Below, one piece after another: positions 49,681 through 59,592 of a stretch of DNA of 64,000 nucleotides. The DNA comes from Candidatus Latescibacterota bacterium (GTDB lineage: Bacteria; Latescibacterota; UBA2968; UBA8231): assembly GCA_965197905.1 (NCBI GenBank), contig CBDAOB010000005.1, positions 1,664,001 to 1,728,000 on the forward strand. The letters run 5' to 3'. The notes under the pieces are model-generated. The model was not told the DNA's origin, searched no databases, and saw only the letters and a list, made by a program, of their open reading frames with translations. Numbering within the stretch: position 1 is the stretch's first letter; each line of letters opens with the position of its first letter. A program made the position numbers and the translations under genes.

Positions 49681-52160
49681 CGAACCGCTTTCACCCCCAA
49701 CCTACATCGCACAAGACCCCGCACCGCGCGGATCGCCACAGGTGCCACACGAGCCAGGTTGGTCACGCAAAGCTGTTTCCTGGCCACTCGTCGCAAAGGT
49801 GGAAAACCGCTTGGTGAGGTTCGTGCTGGAACAGTCCGGGCAGGAAATCTCTCCCTTACCCTGAACCAGGATCTCGAACTCGGTGTCGCAGGAATCACAG
49901 TTGAATTCAAAGATAGGCCATCTTGTGATATGCGGTCGAGGGTCCCGGTGAAGGTCACCGATTCCAATGACCCCCTAAGCGGCAAACTGATGCGATAACC
50001 GCCATCCGGTCCGCGCAGGTATCCTTCCACCAGCGTCGGGCCAACTTCGATGCTCGCGTCGACTAGTTCGGTTGCCTCGAAGATCTGCTCGCGCCCAACC
50101 TGCAGAGAGCGCCCGCTGCGCAACGCGTATCCTGCCAGAATGCCGTCCGTGAAGCGAACGAGTCCGAAATGTGCGTCGCTCGAGACATCACCTTCCAGGG
50201 ACGTAAACGCTATGCCCGCCGCTCCGGGGCCTTCCACCCAGGCGAAATCCCGATCTTCGCCGTTGGTGATCTGCACCACCTGCCCCGGCGTGCCTTCCAC
50301 CGCAGATATCTCCGGTTCGGCCTGCTCGACAGCTCGAGGATAGAGCACGCTGAGGAAATTGACGTTGGCGCCAGATTTTTCCGCGAGCAGCATCGTGTGC
50401 GTCGGTTCCTGGAGGAAGTCGAAGGAATGAATCGTGTCGCGCTCCGAGAAAACGACCTGCTCGGTATCGGCCACAAACGCCAGCAGTTCCGCTTGTGATC
50501 TGCTCCAACGCGCTAGGTTTCCGATTCGAGCGTAGGACCCTCCGCTGGTACCTCCGCCGTGGCCATGGAGCCGCCACTGGTAGGTGTGGGACGCATCGTC
50601 CCGGAGCTCGTCGGCGACGACGAAATAGCTGTGATCGGCGAACATGACGCTACGGCGGACATCCGCCCCGGCATACCCCGCCCGCACCTCGGCGTAATCC
50701 ATGAAGGGGCTGACAAAAGCGTTCTCGATGAAAGCATCGTTGCCTCCGTCGATCGACTCGTTCGCCACGATGAGATTCGGCGGTCCTTGCCCATCAACCA
50801 GCACGACATTGTGATTGCGGCCCGAATTCACCTTGCTGTGGTTGGTGAAGTTGATGTATCCCGCATCCAAAGCCAGCATCTCCCCCCCGGCATAGATGAT
50901 GAAGCTGGTCTCGTCCGGATGTTCATGGCCCAACCCCTGCGCCCGCGCCCTACCGTGCTCGCCCCTTAGAAGCATATAGGTGGCGTCCGTGCCCCAGCTG
51001 CTGCGAAACACCGCATCGCCGGCGCCGGGCATGAAGATGGAGGGTCCGCGGTCCGGTTCCATCGGGACCACCGAATCATCATAGATCGCGATAGCGTCCA
51101 TCTCGGAGAACTGCCGCACGTAGAGCCCCTTTGCGTTGTTGAGCCAGTCCCACAGATGGACTGGGCCGTCGGCATCCACAGCGGCCAGATAGTGGCCATA
51201 GAAGTCATCCAGATGTCCATCCTCTATGTTCGGCCGGCGTCCGTCGGGGAGCCGGAGATTGACCGACCAGTCGTGCATCTTGGCGATCTGGGGGTCGGCG
51301 AAGAGGTCGATACCCATGACGTTTTTCAAGGCAAACATATACGGTAGATAGACATCCGCGGCATAGCGGCTGTAGAACGGACCTTCGGCATACCCTCCAT
51401 CCTCCTCATCGATCTGGTGAGCCATCGAACGAGTCACCAGGTCGAAGGCGCGATTGGCCCAGTTCTGCGGGGTGCGATCGTCGATGCCTGGATGGTCGCT
51501 CAAAACCAAAGCGGCCAGGCCCAACCCACCGTAGGCGCGCACGTGCCAGTTGTCGAGATGCAACACATCCGGGTCGCGGGGATCCGGCGTCTCATGCAGC
51601 CATATCTTGAGAGTCGTGATGCCGAGGTTCACCTCCCCAATCACGATCCCCTTGCGCAACCGTTCCGCTTCCTCCGCAAGGATCTGGCGAATCTCAGACA
51701 AAGACTCGGGATCCGAGGCCACGAAACTGTGAATCATGTCATACGCAACGGCGTACAGCGCGACCACCTCTCCTTCGTTGTGGGGCTCTCCCAGATCTCC
51801 ATCACGCGGCGGGAACCTCATCTGCTTCAATGCGTCGACGGCCTGTTGCGCAAAGCTTTCGTCGTCTGTCATCAGGTAGGCGAAAGCGAGGCTCTTGGCC
51901 ATTCGCGCTTTGGTGCGTTCCTCGGTGTAGGTAGAGGGGGCCGACTGCGCCCGTGAAAGCACCGTTTGCCACCAAGTGGAATACGGCTCCCGCTGAATGC
52001 GCTCTTTCATGATTTCGACATGCCCGGCATCGAAGAGCAAGCTTGGGTGCTGTTCCGACGGCAGCGTTTGAGCCGCCCCGTCAGCCGCGCCGAATCCCAC
52101 TAAACAGATACCTATCCACCGCAAACGAATCCTGGCATTTTGCAAAGTTGTGATCGACAT
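49665..52160 (-). CDS. Secreted heparinase II/III-like polysaccharide lyase; true C-terminus probably near 49920
   Basis: Signal peptide, HPSLLF, DNWH, GGYAEGPFY, FRSSW, GHEHPDETSF, LALDAGY, HNVVLVDG. The last about 80 codons overlap the FmdB gene out of frame. Confidence 0.75.
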   Translation of the reverse strand: MSITTLQNARIRLRWIGICLVGFGAADGAAQTLPSEQHPSLLFDAGHVEIMKERIQREPYSTWWQTVLSRAQSAPSTYTEERTKARMAKSLAFAYLMTDDESFAQQAVDALKQMRFPPRDGDLGEPHNEGEVVALYAVAYDMIHSFVASDPESLSEIRQILAEEAERLRKGIVIGEVNLGITTLKIWLHETPDPRDPDVLHLDNWHVRAYGGLGLAALVLSDHPGIDDRTPQNWANRAFDLVTRSMAHQIDEEDGGYAEGPFYSRYAADVYLPYMFALKNVMGIDLFADPQIAKMHDWSVNLRLPDGRRPNIEDGHLDDFYGHYLAAVDADGPVHLWDWLNNAKGLYVRQFSEMDAIAIYDDSVVPMEPDRGPSIFMPGAGDAVFRSSWGTDATYMLLRGEHGRARAQGLGHEHPDETSFIIYAGGEMLALDAGYINFTNHSKVNSGRNHNVVLVDGQGPPNLIVANESIDGGNDAFIENAFVSPFMDYAEVRAGYAGADVRRSVMFADHSYFVVADELRDDASHTYQWRLHGHGGGTSGGSYARIGNLARWSRSQAELLAFVADTEQVVFSERDTIHSFDFLQEPTHTMLLAEKSGANVNFLSVLYPRAVEQAEPEISAVEGTPGQVVQITNGEDRDFAWVEGPGAAGIAFTSLEGDVSSDAHFGLVRFTDGILAGYALRSGRSLQVGREQIFEATELVDASIEVGPTLVEGYLRGPDGGYRISLPLRGSLESVTFTGTLDRISQDGLSLNSTVIPATPSSRSWFRVRERFPARTVPARTSPSGFPPLRRVARKQLCVTNLARVAPVAIRAVRGLVRCRLGVKAVRYFSR
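49702..49921 (-). pseudogene. FmdB-family zinc-ribbon protein whose ATG is out of frame by one base
   Basis: Manual translation: ATG-G-[PIFEFNCDSCDTEFEILVQGKGEISCPDCSSTNLTKRFSTFA...SCGTCGDPRGAGSCAM*]. Confidence 0.75.
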
Positions 52161-52232
52161 TACCGGTATGACCTCCGCACTTGAGCTCGAGTTTATGGTT
52201 TCCCACCACCTTTCAAATTAATCATTTCACGG

Positions 52233-52761
52233 ATGCCAAAGTCAAACCTGTTTTCCCCGTCACCTCCTTTATCATCGCTCGCGGACGGCAGGGAGTTCGC
52301 CCTTTGGGAAGACTTAACCAACTACAAGAATGACCTGTACGTCGATCAGCAGCATGCTACAGCGGCTGATTCCAATCCCGGCACTGAAGATGCACCCTTC
52401 AAGATTCTGCAAGAACAATCGGGTCGTAAACAACGTGGTAACGCGGTGCAAGGTGCCCCTGGAATATTTCGATATCGAAAACAACTCGGATCAGAACGTC
52501 TTTTCAGGGATCGGGGATGAGTTCGATTTCGAATCATGGAAAAAGGCTGGGCTAGATCCCGCAAGCTGCATCTTGGACCTGGAGGTAACCTTCGATGAGG
52601 ATGACAGCGGCATGTCCTGGAGCGGAGCGGATTTCGAGCCGATTCCTGTGGACGAGGTACTGAACTGCGATTATTTCGGGCGCCGGCACGCCGGTGGCAA
52701 AATGCCCATCGGCCCCTTTATGGAAGGATGGAGCTCCATACCTCGGCGCCTATCATTCTGA
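52233..52761 (+). pseudogene. Internally deleted beta-helix (DUF1565-like) protein remnant
   Basis: N-terminal LYVDQQHATAADSNPGTEDAPFK is joined out of frame to a C-terminal-looking NNRVVNNVV...NSDQNVF...DYFGR...GPF segment. Confidence 0.6.
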
Positions 52762-52811
52762 TGCTGCAGCTTGTTATGTAGGACAATACCCTAACGTCGG
52801 TGTGCTATCGT

Positions 52812-53597
52812 TCAGCTCGCGATCGTATTGTTCCTCGTCGCCCGGTTGCGGGTCATGTGATGGTTCCAACCCCGCAAAGTCAAGCGCTCATCCGGGTGAG
52901 TGACCCCCTCTTCCATGCGGTCATCTCCCGAATACATCTGCACCAACACGGTCTTACGGCTCTTGTTGGAACGATTAGGCATCGAACCGTGCAACGTGAG
53001 ATAGGAGAAGAAGACCACATCGCCGCGCTCGGCTTCCAGCACCGTCGCGCCTTCAATCGGATACTTCTGTAACGTCTCCTGCGCCGTATCCGTCTGCCCC
53101 CCGGTGCCCAGCACACGTCCAAGCTCGTGAGAGCGCGGATAAACCCGCACGCATCCCATTTCGTCGGTGGCTTCGGTGAGATGAATGATCGCCGCCATCA
53201 TACTGTCTTTGACGGTGGGGAAATAGGACCAATCTTGATGCATCGGAAAGGGCGATCCCTTCTCGGGAGGTTTCAGGAACAGCTTGGTATGATTGAGCAC
53301 GATGTCGGGTCCAAGGATCTCACCTACCGCGTCCAGAAAGTGTGGGTTCTGGATGGCCTGTAGCCAAACGGCCGAGTAACGATGGACATTGTGGGTGTGA
53401 AGGACCTGGTCATCCTTCGATTTTAACTTCTCGACATTCGCTCCCCTCCAGGTCCCGTCCGTCAACTCTTCCGTAGCTTGGATCTGTGCGGCGATTCGAT
53501 CGAACTCTGCTTCCATTTCGTCCAGTTCGCTGCCCGCGAACAATCCTCGAACGACACAGTACCCGTTCCGGGTGAATTCGCCAGCTATTGTCTGCAT
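52812..53597 (-). CDS. Phytanoyl-CoA dioxygenase (PhyH) family protein
   Basis: FTRNGYCVVRGLF, KLFLKPP, HQDWSYF, GDVVFFSYLTLHGSMPNRSNKSR. Confidence 0.9.
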   Translation of the reverse strand: MQTIAGEFTRNGYCVVRGLFAGSELDEMEAEFDRIAAQIQATEELTDGTWRGANVEKLKSKDDQVLHTHNVHRYSAVWLQAIQNPHFLDAVGEILGPDIVLNHTKLFLKPPEKGSPFPMHQDWSYFPTVKDSMMAAIIHLTEATDEMGCVRVYPRSHELGRVLGTGGQTDTAQETLQKYPIEGATVLEAERGDVVFFSYLTLHGSMPNRSNKSRKTVLVQMYSGDDRMEEGVTHPDERLTLRGWNHHMTRNRATRNNTIAS

Positions 53598-53840
53598 ATG
53601 TAGAATCTTGCGCGGGAACTGGCGAGCCCGGTGAAAGTTGTGGTAGGGGGCGCGTTGCCAGCGCAAAAACGGCCGTGCCGACACCACTGCGTCCAGGAGC
53701 AGATCATCGCCGTGAGCAGCGAAACCCCACAGGACGAGCAGGAGAAGCAAACTTCAGCGCATGCTCGCCGACCGTCCTTTCGCGATTCTACGGGGCATGG
53801 GAACCCCTCCTGTCTCGGTAGCGGAAACCTCCAGGCAACG

Positions 53841-53877
53841 AAAAAGTGCAGGGGTAGCTTGAAATCTACCCCTGCAC
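53841..53877 (-). terminator. Rho-independent terminator
   Basis: 12-bp perfect stem GTGCAGGGGTAG/CTACCCCTGCAC with an 8-nt loop, followed by T5 on the minus strand, downstream of 53911..55869. Confidence 0.85.
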
Positions 53878-53910
53878 GACCATACTTACATCCTACCCTC
53901 GCGCTGCGGT

Positions 53911-55869
53911 CTACTTCAGCAGCGTCATCGACTGCGTGGCCGAGAAGTCACCGGCCTGCATGCGATAGAAGTAGACGCCGCTCGACACAGGCTCGCCGTT
54001 GGAATCGCGCGCGTTCCAGGTGACTTTGTAGGCACCTGCCGCCTTGAAATTATCGACGAGCGTGTCCATTCGTTGGCCGGCCGCATTGAACAGGTCGATC
54101 TTCACGTGGTCGTCGGCCGACACAGTGAAGTCGAAGGCGGTCTCGGGATTGAATGGGTTGGGATAGGCGGCACCCAGGCTGTAGCTGTCCGGCGTACTGG
54201 CGCCGCCCACCTCTTCAACGGCCGTGACGTCGGCACCCATTTTCCCCGTCTGAATGTCAAACGGTATGTGCATAGCCATATTTGGAGTCCACGGCTCGGT
54301 GGTGTCAAACGACCTGAACGTGTGCGTTTCGATGTTCCAGGAGGTGCCCCAGATCATGCCGTCATACGGACCGGGGCTGCCCGCATTCGGTCCGTCGTAG
54401 GGATCGCCGCCCACCCAGGACCTATCGTTCTGAATAATGGTGGTCTGTCGGTCTCTCTGCAACCTGAACGGTCCGACCTCAGGACCCGCGAAGATGTTGA
54501 ACAGTCCCGTGCCGTCGCGGCCATAAACCATTTTGTAAGCGCCGTGAATGTTGTGCACCGGGCTGGCAACCGCTATTCTCTTACCCCCTTCCGGCGTCAT
54601 TTTGATGACGAGGGTGAACGCGCCTCCGGCGGCGGCGTCCGTAAAACCGAGATTGGCGGCGCGCTCCTCGGAAAACTGGTCACCGAACCCGTCTCCCGGG
54701 CCGTTGGCCCAGATGACGTTGAAGTCGTGATCAAGCTTGATGTGGGTGGTGGCCCTCCAGCCATACGCATAGAGGCCGGTTTCGTTGACGGCGACGGCCG
54801 ACGGACCGCCGGCACTGAAGGTCTCGGTGCCGTTGTCGTCGACGCGGTGTCGGTAGAAAAACTCCCGATGCTGGTCGACGTTCTGGAGGAATTCGCCCGT
54901 GGCTTTGTCCCAAACACAGACGGAGGGGGCGGTGGGATCGCCGGTGCTCCAGTTTGCCGAATAGAGTTTGTCCTTCCAGATGTTCATCGACAGGGCCCGC
55001 TCCGTTTCGGGCAACGGCAATTTAGAAAAGCCGTTATCGGCGAACGACGGGTCCAGATCCAGCGTCTTGGCGGCGTCATTGCGTTTCATCTTGTAGATGC
55101 CGCAATTCGGGCCGTTAACGGTCATTGATATGTAGAATGAACTCGGATCCGCCGCGTCCGGGCGAATACCACCGACGCTATCGCCGCGCTCGAGCATCAG
55201 GAGCGATTCCTCGAAATTCCAGTGCTCATAGCCGGTGGGGTTGGCAAGGTAGTCCGTGCCCAGGGTGCCGCGGACCAAACTCCCCCAAAACTGTCCGCGA
55301 TCTGGCTGCGGCGAGTGAGCCAAGTGGACCCAGATGTCGTTGTTGCGCAGATCGAAGATGGGGTCGGGCATACCGAGGGCGCTGGGCCCAACCAGCGCTG
55401 CCTGATCCAGGTTGTTGATAGCTATGACGTCGAATTCGTAGTTGCCAGGGCCCGCCGGCTCACCGTTCCAGTCCCGACCGTCCCACCTAACGGAGTTGTT
55501 GCCCGCCTCGACGACAATGCCGCCGGGAGTTGGCGCCACCGCCACGAACTTGTCCTGAGGTTGGAGGCGGATCCAGGCACCGTTGGGACCGGTGGCACCG
55601 GTCTCGTTGGAGCCGATCTCATATATGGCGATCCACACCGTGGCACGCTGGTTCAACCTGAAGGGAATGTTCACGTCGCCGCTGCCGTTGTAGGGGACAT
55701 TCGATGCGCTCAGGCGCAGGGGGTTCGGCGTGGTATTCCTGAGGGGGGCAATGATCTCTTGTAAGTTTTCCGGGGGTGGGTGGGGGCTTGGAAAGGTCTC
55801 CGCCCAGGCAGTTCCCACACCAATCACACCCAGCGCAAAAGCGAATAAGCCAATTTGAGGTAACTTCAT
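53911..55869 (-). CDS. Secreted protein with FlgD-Ig-like domains and a probable beta-propeller core
   Basis: AAGGAGG RBS, signal peptide (AWA), internal VRWDGRDWNG, C-terminal AYPNPFNPET...VTWNARDSNG...SSGVYFYRM...MTLLK. Confidence 0.85.
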   Translation of the reverse strand: MKLPQIGLFAFALGVIGVGTAWAETFPSPHPPPENLQEIIAPLRNTTPNPLRLSASNVPYNGSGDVNIPFRLNQRATVWIAIYEIGSNETGATGPNGAWIRLQPQDKFVAVAPTPGGIVVEAGNNSVRWDGRDWNGEPAGPGNYEFDVIAINNLDQAALVGPSALGMPDPIFDLRNNDIWVHLAHSPQPDRGQFWGSLVRGTLGTDYLANPTGYEHWNFEESLLMLERGDSVGGIRPDAADPSSFYISMTVNGPNCGIYKMKRNDAAKTLDLDPSFADNGFSKLPLPETERALSMNIWKDKLYSANWSTGDPTAPSVCVWDKATGEFLQNVDQHREFFYRHRVDDNGTETFSAGGPSAVAVNETGLYAYGWRATTHIKLDHDFNVIWANGPGDGFGDQFSEERAANLGFTDAAAGGAFTLVIKMTPEGGKRIAVASPVHNIHGAYKMVYGRDGTGLFNIFAGPEVGPFRLQRDRQTTIIQNDRSWVGGDPYDGPNAGSPGPYDGMIWGTSWNIETHTFRSFDTTEPWTPNMAMHIPFDIQTGKMGADVTAVEEVGGASTPDSYSLGAAYPNPFNPETAFDFTVSADDHVKIDLFNAAGQRMDTLVDNFKAAGAYKVTWNARDSNGEPVSSGVYFYRMQAGDFSATQSMTLLK

Positions 55870-56492
55870 GGAGTTTCCTCCTTGGGGTTCGGGTTTGTTA
55901 CGATTTAGGTGGAAATCGACGACCCTACAGTGGGCTCCTTTTTCTGCCACCTCCTTTCGAGACCACCAAAGCTTGGTTTTAAGATTCTTCCTTCGCATCT
56001 CTCAGGAAGAATGCAGACAATTTATTTTTTATGTAGACGATTTGCCCATATAATGTTCTTTTCCTTCAAAGATGTCAATCAAATCTGATTGTTCCGGCCA
56101 TCCCGCCTACGCTCCTTCAAATAATCGCGGTTTTCACATTGCGAAAGAACCGCCGCGATAGAGTATCTTCCAATTTCTCTATCATTCGTCTTTCTCAGTT
56201 CATCTCTGCGTCGTTCAGCCTGATTGCCCACTTCCCCCTCTCCGTTATCACCAGGCGTGGAGGCGTTTCATCGGATCGGCAGCCACGGGGCTGTGCTCGA
56301 TTGAAACGGTGGTGATAAAACCTGCTGTACTTAGGTCTGTGGGACAGGGCAAATACTGACGGGATTTGGTTGCCATCATCAATACAACCACTGGCTCCCT
56401 TGGGTCCCACTATGGTAAGAGAATCGACGGCCCCCCCAAAGGAGGACCCGTCGGAGCCGGTAGGGCCAAATAGGCGTGAATATGGGTTATAT

Positions 56493-56539
56493 TGGTGAGC
56501 CCGGTGGGAATCGAACCCACGACCAACGGATTAAAAGTC
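56493..56539 (-). repeat. Attachment site: duplicated 3' part of tRNA-Lys(TTT)
   Basis: Minus strand GACTTTTAATCCGTTGGTCGTGGGTTCGATTCCCACCGGGCTCACCA, with no 5' tRNA half; adjacent to the integrase. Confidence 0.85.
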
Positions 56540-56668
56540 GTTCCCTTCCCCGTTTATCCAGCCTATAACCACGTTTACTCTCTTTGCATAACCCTCTGAT
56601 TACCAGGGCGTTACGGAGATTTGTTTGTTGAAGTTGCGTCAATCGGCGTGAATCCGTATTCTGTCTTT

Positions 56669-56711
56669 GTGCTGACATAGTGCTGACACAGGAAACAGGA
56701 ACATGCTGACA
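56669..56711 (+). promoter_or_regulatory. Probable integrase arm-type sites
   Basis: GTGCTGACA at 56669 and 56680 (period 11) and TGCTGACA at 56704, between the att core and int. Confidence 0.55.
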
Positions 56712-57860
56712 GAGCGCATTGTTCGGGACGCCAAACCGGAGCAGAAAACCCGCATCCTGTGGGATGAAAAGGTCACGGGCCTGGGCCTGAGAATCACCGC
56801 GCGGGGCGTCAAATCCTTCGTCTTGAACTATCGCGTCAACGGTCGCGAGCGCCGGATCACCCTTGCCCGGGCCGGCCAAGTGCCGTTGAAGGTCGTCCGC
56901 GACCGGGCGGCTGCGCAACTCCTGCGCGTCCGGGACGGGGAGGACCCGCTCGAACGGAAGGAACAGCCGGTAATGTCGGCGGCCGTCGCCCGGTTCTTCG
57001 AGGAGTTCGTTCCGCACCGTATCGAACTGGGGAGGATGACCGAACGGACGGCGGCCGACTATCGGGCACAGTGGGCCCGGCTGTCCCCCAAGTTGGGGCG
57101 CATGAGGGTAGCCGACGTTCGGCGCCGTCACGTCGAGCAGGCCATTGCGGCGGGAACCAAGGAAACCGTGACCCGCAATCGCTTGTTAGCCTTGTTGTCC
57201 CGGTTGTTCACCTTGTTCGAGACGTGGGAGTACCGCGAGCAGCATAACAACCCGACCCGCGGCATCGAAAAGGCGCGAGAAGAACCCCGGGACCGGGTGT
57301 TGTCGGGTGATGAGTTGGGAAGGCTGGCCAAGGCGCTGAACCAGCATGAGCACCAAAACCCGGCCGCCGTCGCGGCGCTCCGTGTCGCGGCACTGACCGG
57401 GCTGCGGATCGGCGAGATCCTTGCGATCAAGTGGGAACATGTCGACTTCGAGGCGGGCCGGCTGACGCTACCGCAGACCAAAACCGGGAGGAGGCAGCAC
57501 GACTTGCCGGCTCCCGCGCTCGACGTGCTCCGCCAGCTTCCCCGGGAATGTGAATGGACGTTCACCGCAACGGGCCGGGCGCCATGCACATACAAAAACG
57601 TAAATCTTCACTTTCAGCAGGCATGCAAGGCTGCCAGTATCGAAGGCGCCCGTCTGCACGATCTCCGGCGAACCGCGATGACCCGGGCGGCAGCCGCAGG
57701 GATCGGGGTACACGTCCTGCGCGACCTTCTCGGTCACCGAACGGCGGCGATGGCGGATCGATACATCCGCTCCGTTGGCAATCCTGTGCGCGAGGCTCGG
57801 GAGCTGGTCGGGGCGGAGATAGCGGCGGCGATGGCCGGGGAGGGTGGCGACCGTGGATAA
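56703..57860 (+). CDS. int: Tyrosine recombinase/integrase with arm-binding domain (P4-like)
   Basis: WDEKVTGLGLRI...GVKSF arm domain; TGLRIGE, TKTG, HDLRRT, LLGH, RY catalytic residues. Confidence 0.95.
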   Translation: MLTERIVRDAKPEQKTRILWDEKVTGLGLRITARGVKSFVLNYRVNGRERRITLARAGQVPLKVVRDRAAAQLLRVRDGEDPLERKEQPVMSAAVARFFEEFVPHRIELGRMTERTAADYRAQWARLSPKLGRMRVADVRRRHVEQAIAAGTKETVTRNRLLALLSRLFTLFETWEYREQHNNPTRGIEKAREEPRDRVLSGDELGRLAKALNQHEHQNPAAVAALRVAALTGLRIGEILAIKWEHVDFEAGRLTLPQTKTGRRQHDLPAPALDVLRQLPRECEWTFTATGRAPCTYKNVNLHFQQACKAASIEGARLHDLRRTAMTRAAAAGIGVHVLRDLLGHRTAAMADRYIRSVGNPVREARELVGAEIAAAMAGEGGDRG

Positions 57861-58389
57861 GGATCTCTTCGAGTCGTGCGTACGGATCGCCAAGGCGCGC
57901 CTCAATACCCCTGGGTTGCACCTGACCTCGACGGCAGCGGAAGGGCGAGCAAGGGGCTACCTGACGCGGCATCTTCCGCAAAAGGATCGGCAACAGCACC
58001 TCACCCGATTGATCGACGAATCTCCATACGACAAATCATCGTGGGATGCGCTCGACTTGATCGCACAAAAGCTGATCCGTACGGGGAAGCGGTTTCCCAG
58101 AGAACTGGCGGATTGGACATCGGACGTACTCGCCGACCAGATGGCGAAGCGCGGGGAGAAACGACGGCCGCGTCCGGCCAAGGGGAGCCATAAAAAAGCA
58201 GGCCGGGATTGGAACTACTACTGGCTCGTTGAAGAGCTAGCAAAGAGCGCGAACATGGACCCGACGCGGAATGATGAGACGAAGCCCAAGCGGTCCCCTT
58301 GTGACGCAGTGGCAGTGGCGTCCGGCGTTCCCTACAAGACCGTCGCGCGCATCTGGTCTGACTGTTCTCACCAAATGCGCAACGTGTGA
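57853..58389 (+). CDS. Hypothetical protein with possible C-terminal HTH
   Basis: Overlaps the int stop; GGAGGG RBS; ends DAVAVASGVPYKTVARIW. Confidence 0.6.
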   Translation: MDKDLFESCVRIAKARLNTPGLHLTSTAAEGRARGYLTRHLPQKDRQQHLTRLIDESPYDKSSWDALDLIAQKLIRTGKRFPRELADWTSDVLADQMAKRGEKRRPRPAKGSHKKAGRDWNYYWLVEELAKSANMDPTRNDETKPKRSPCDAVAVASGVPYKTVARIWSDCSHQMRNV

Positions 58390-58454
58390 GTCTGCGGAGG
58401 CGCTTAATCGGCGGTAGTTTGCCTTTCGACACTTTCAATCGGGAGGCAAACCGG

Positions 58455-58658
58455 ATGAACCGACGTTTCGAGAATGACCGCTACTATCGCACGACTGACC
58501 CCGAGCTCGCGATTGTCGGCACACGCGGCACCATGTCGCAATGGAGACATCGCGGCGAAGGTCCGGTGTTTCACCGCTTCGGTAATCGAGTGCTGTACCG
58601 AGGGGATGATCTGAACAACTGGCTCGACCGGCATCGCGTCGAGCCAGTTGCCGCCTGA
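58455..58658 (+). CDS. AlpA/excisionase-like HTH protein
   Basis: GTMSQWRHRGEGPVFHRFGNRVLYRGDDLNNWL; GGAGG RBS. Confidence 0.8.
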   Translation: MNRRFENDRYYRTTDPELAIVGTRGTMSQWRHRGEGPVFHRFGNRVLYRGDDLNNWLDRHRVEPVAA

Positions 58659-59565
58659 CGTGCAACAGCTCGAGTTAGAGCTACCGATCCGGTTCGCTCC
58701 CCCGAGGGTTCGAGGCCACGGGCTGCAGGCTGCGCATGTCCGGCCGCGAGTGGGCTACAGGGTGCCCCCGGACGGATTTTGGTCTGGCCGTATGCCGGCG
58801 AGCATCGGCTGGACGTTCCCGTTCATCGACCTGATGGACGCCGGCCCCGTGTGGGCGACGCTCACCTTCGACGTGGACAATATCGGGGCTGCCCCTTTGT
58901 ACTCGTTGCCGGCTCCGAATTGGATCACGGCGACGACGCGCGGGTATCATCCGACCTGGTGTCTGCGGGCGCCTGTGGCGAAGCACGACGCCGCTCGCCC
59001 GGCACCGCTCCGCTTCGCGTCTCGTGTGGCCGAGTTCTACCGCCACCAACTCGGGGCGGATCCGTCCTTTTCGGGCATGGGCCGCAACCCAGCAAAGCAC
59101 CCGACCGCGTGGTTGCGGGAACAACCTTACAGCCTGGACGAACTGGCGGAGCCGATCCCGAAGGGGTGGCGGCGACCTCGCAACGCGAAAACCGGCATCG
59201 GGCGCAACGTCGACTTGTTCATGGCAGTGTGTCGCTCTGCGTCAAAATCGTCCCTGTCCTGCATCGAAATCGCTCGCGGTCTCGTGGGCGAGATCTGCGA
59301 GGCGCACGACAAACCCCTGCTGCCGGCCGCGGAGGTTCGGGCGATTGCCAAATCTGTCGAGAGATACCGAGAGCAGTGGCAGCGAGACGGACACAAGCCT
59401 GCATGGATCGAGCGGCAGCGGAGGCGAGGGCGGCTGGGGAAGGGCAAGCCCAAGCTCGGGCAGGTCAACCGGAGCCTGTTCGATGTTGTGACGAACGAGC
59501 AGGCGCGGCCGTGGGAAGCGGAGGGGTGCAGCCGGGCAACGTGGTATCGCCGTCGGCAGAAATGA
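58648..59565 (+). CDS. rep: ColE2/pAL5000-type replication protein (replicase, PriCT-like and C-terminal DNA-binding regions)
   Basis: FDVD, PAPNW, GYHPTWCL, GADPSFSG, YSLDEL, GRNVDLF, EVRAIAKSV, and terminal RPWEAEGCSRATWYRR. Confidence 0.8.
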   Translation: MPPDVQQLELELPIRFAPPRVRGHGLQAAHVRPRVGYRVPPDGFWSGRMPASIGWTFPFIDLMDAGPVWATLTFDVDNIGAAPLYSLPAPNWITATTRGYHPTWCLRAPVAKHDAARPAPLRFASRVAEFYRHQLGADPSFSGMGRNPAKHPTAWLREQPYSLDELAEPIPKGWRRPRNAKTGIGRNVDLFMAVCRSASKSSLSCIEIARGLVGEICEAHDKPLLPAAEVRAIAKSVERYREQWQRDGHKPAWIERQRRRGRLGKGKPKLGQVNRSLFDVVTNEQARPWEAEGCSRATWYRRRQK

Positions 59566-59592
59566 GACAAAAGCCAATACAGATAATGTACC
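59560..59592 (+). other. ColE2-type replication origin candidate
   Basis: AAATGAGACAAAAGCCAATACAGATAA overlaps the rep stop. It resembles the TGAGAC...AAGCC...CAGATAA layout of ColE2/E3 origins (recalled, not searched). Confidence 0.6.

Noticed and set aside
56493..56539. Functional tRNA-Lys gene
   Set aside because: The 5' acceptor strand and D-arm are absent, so it is treated as an att duplication.
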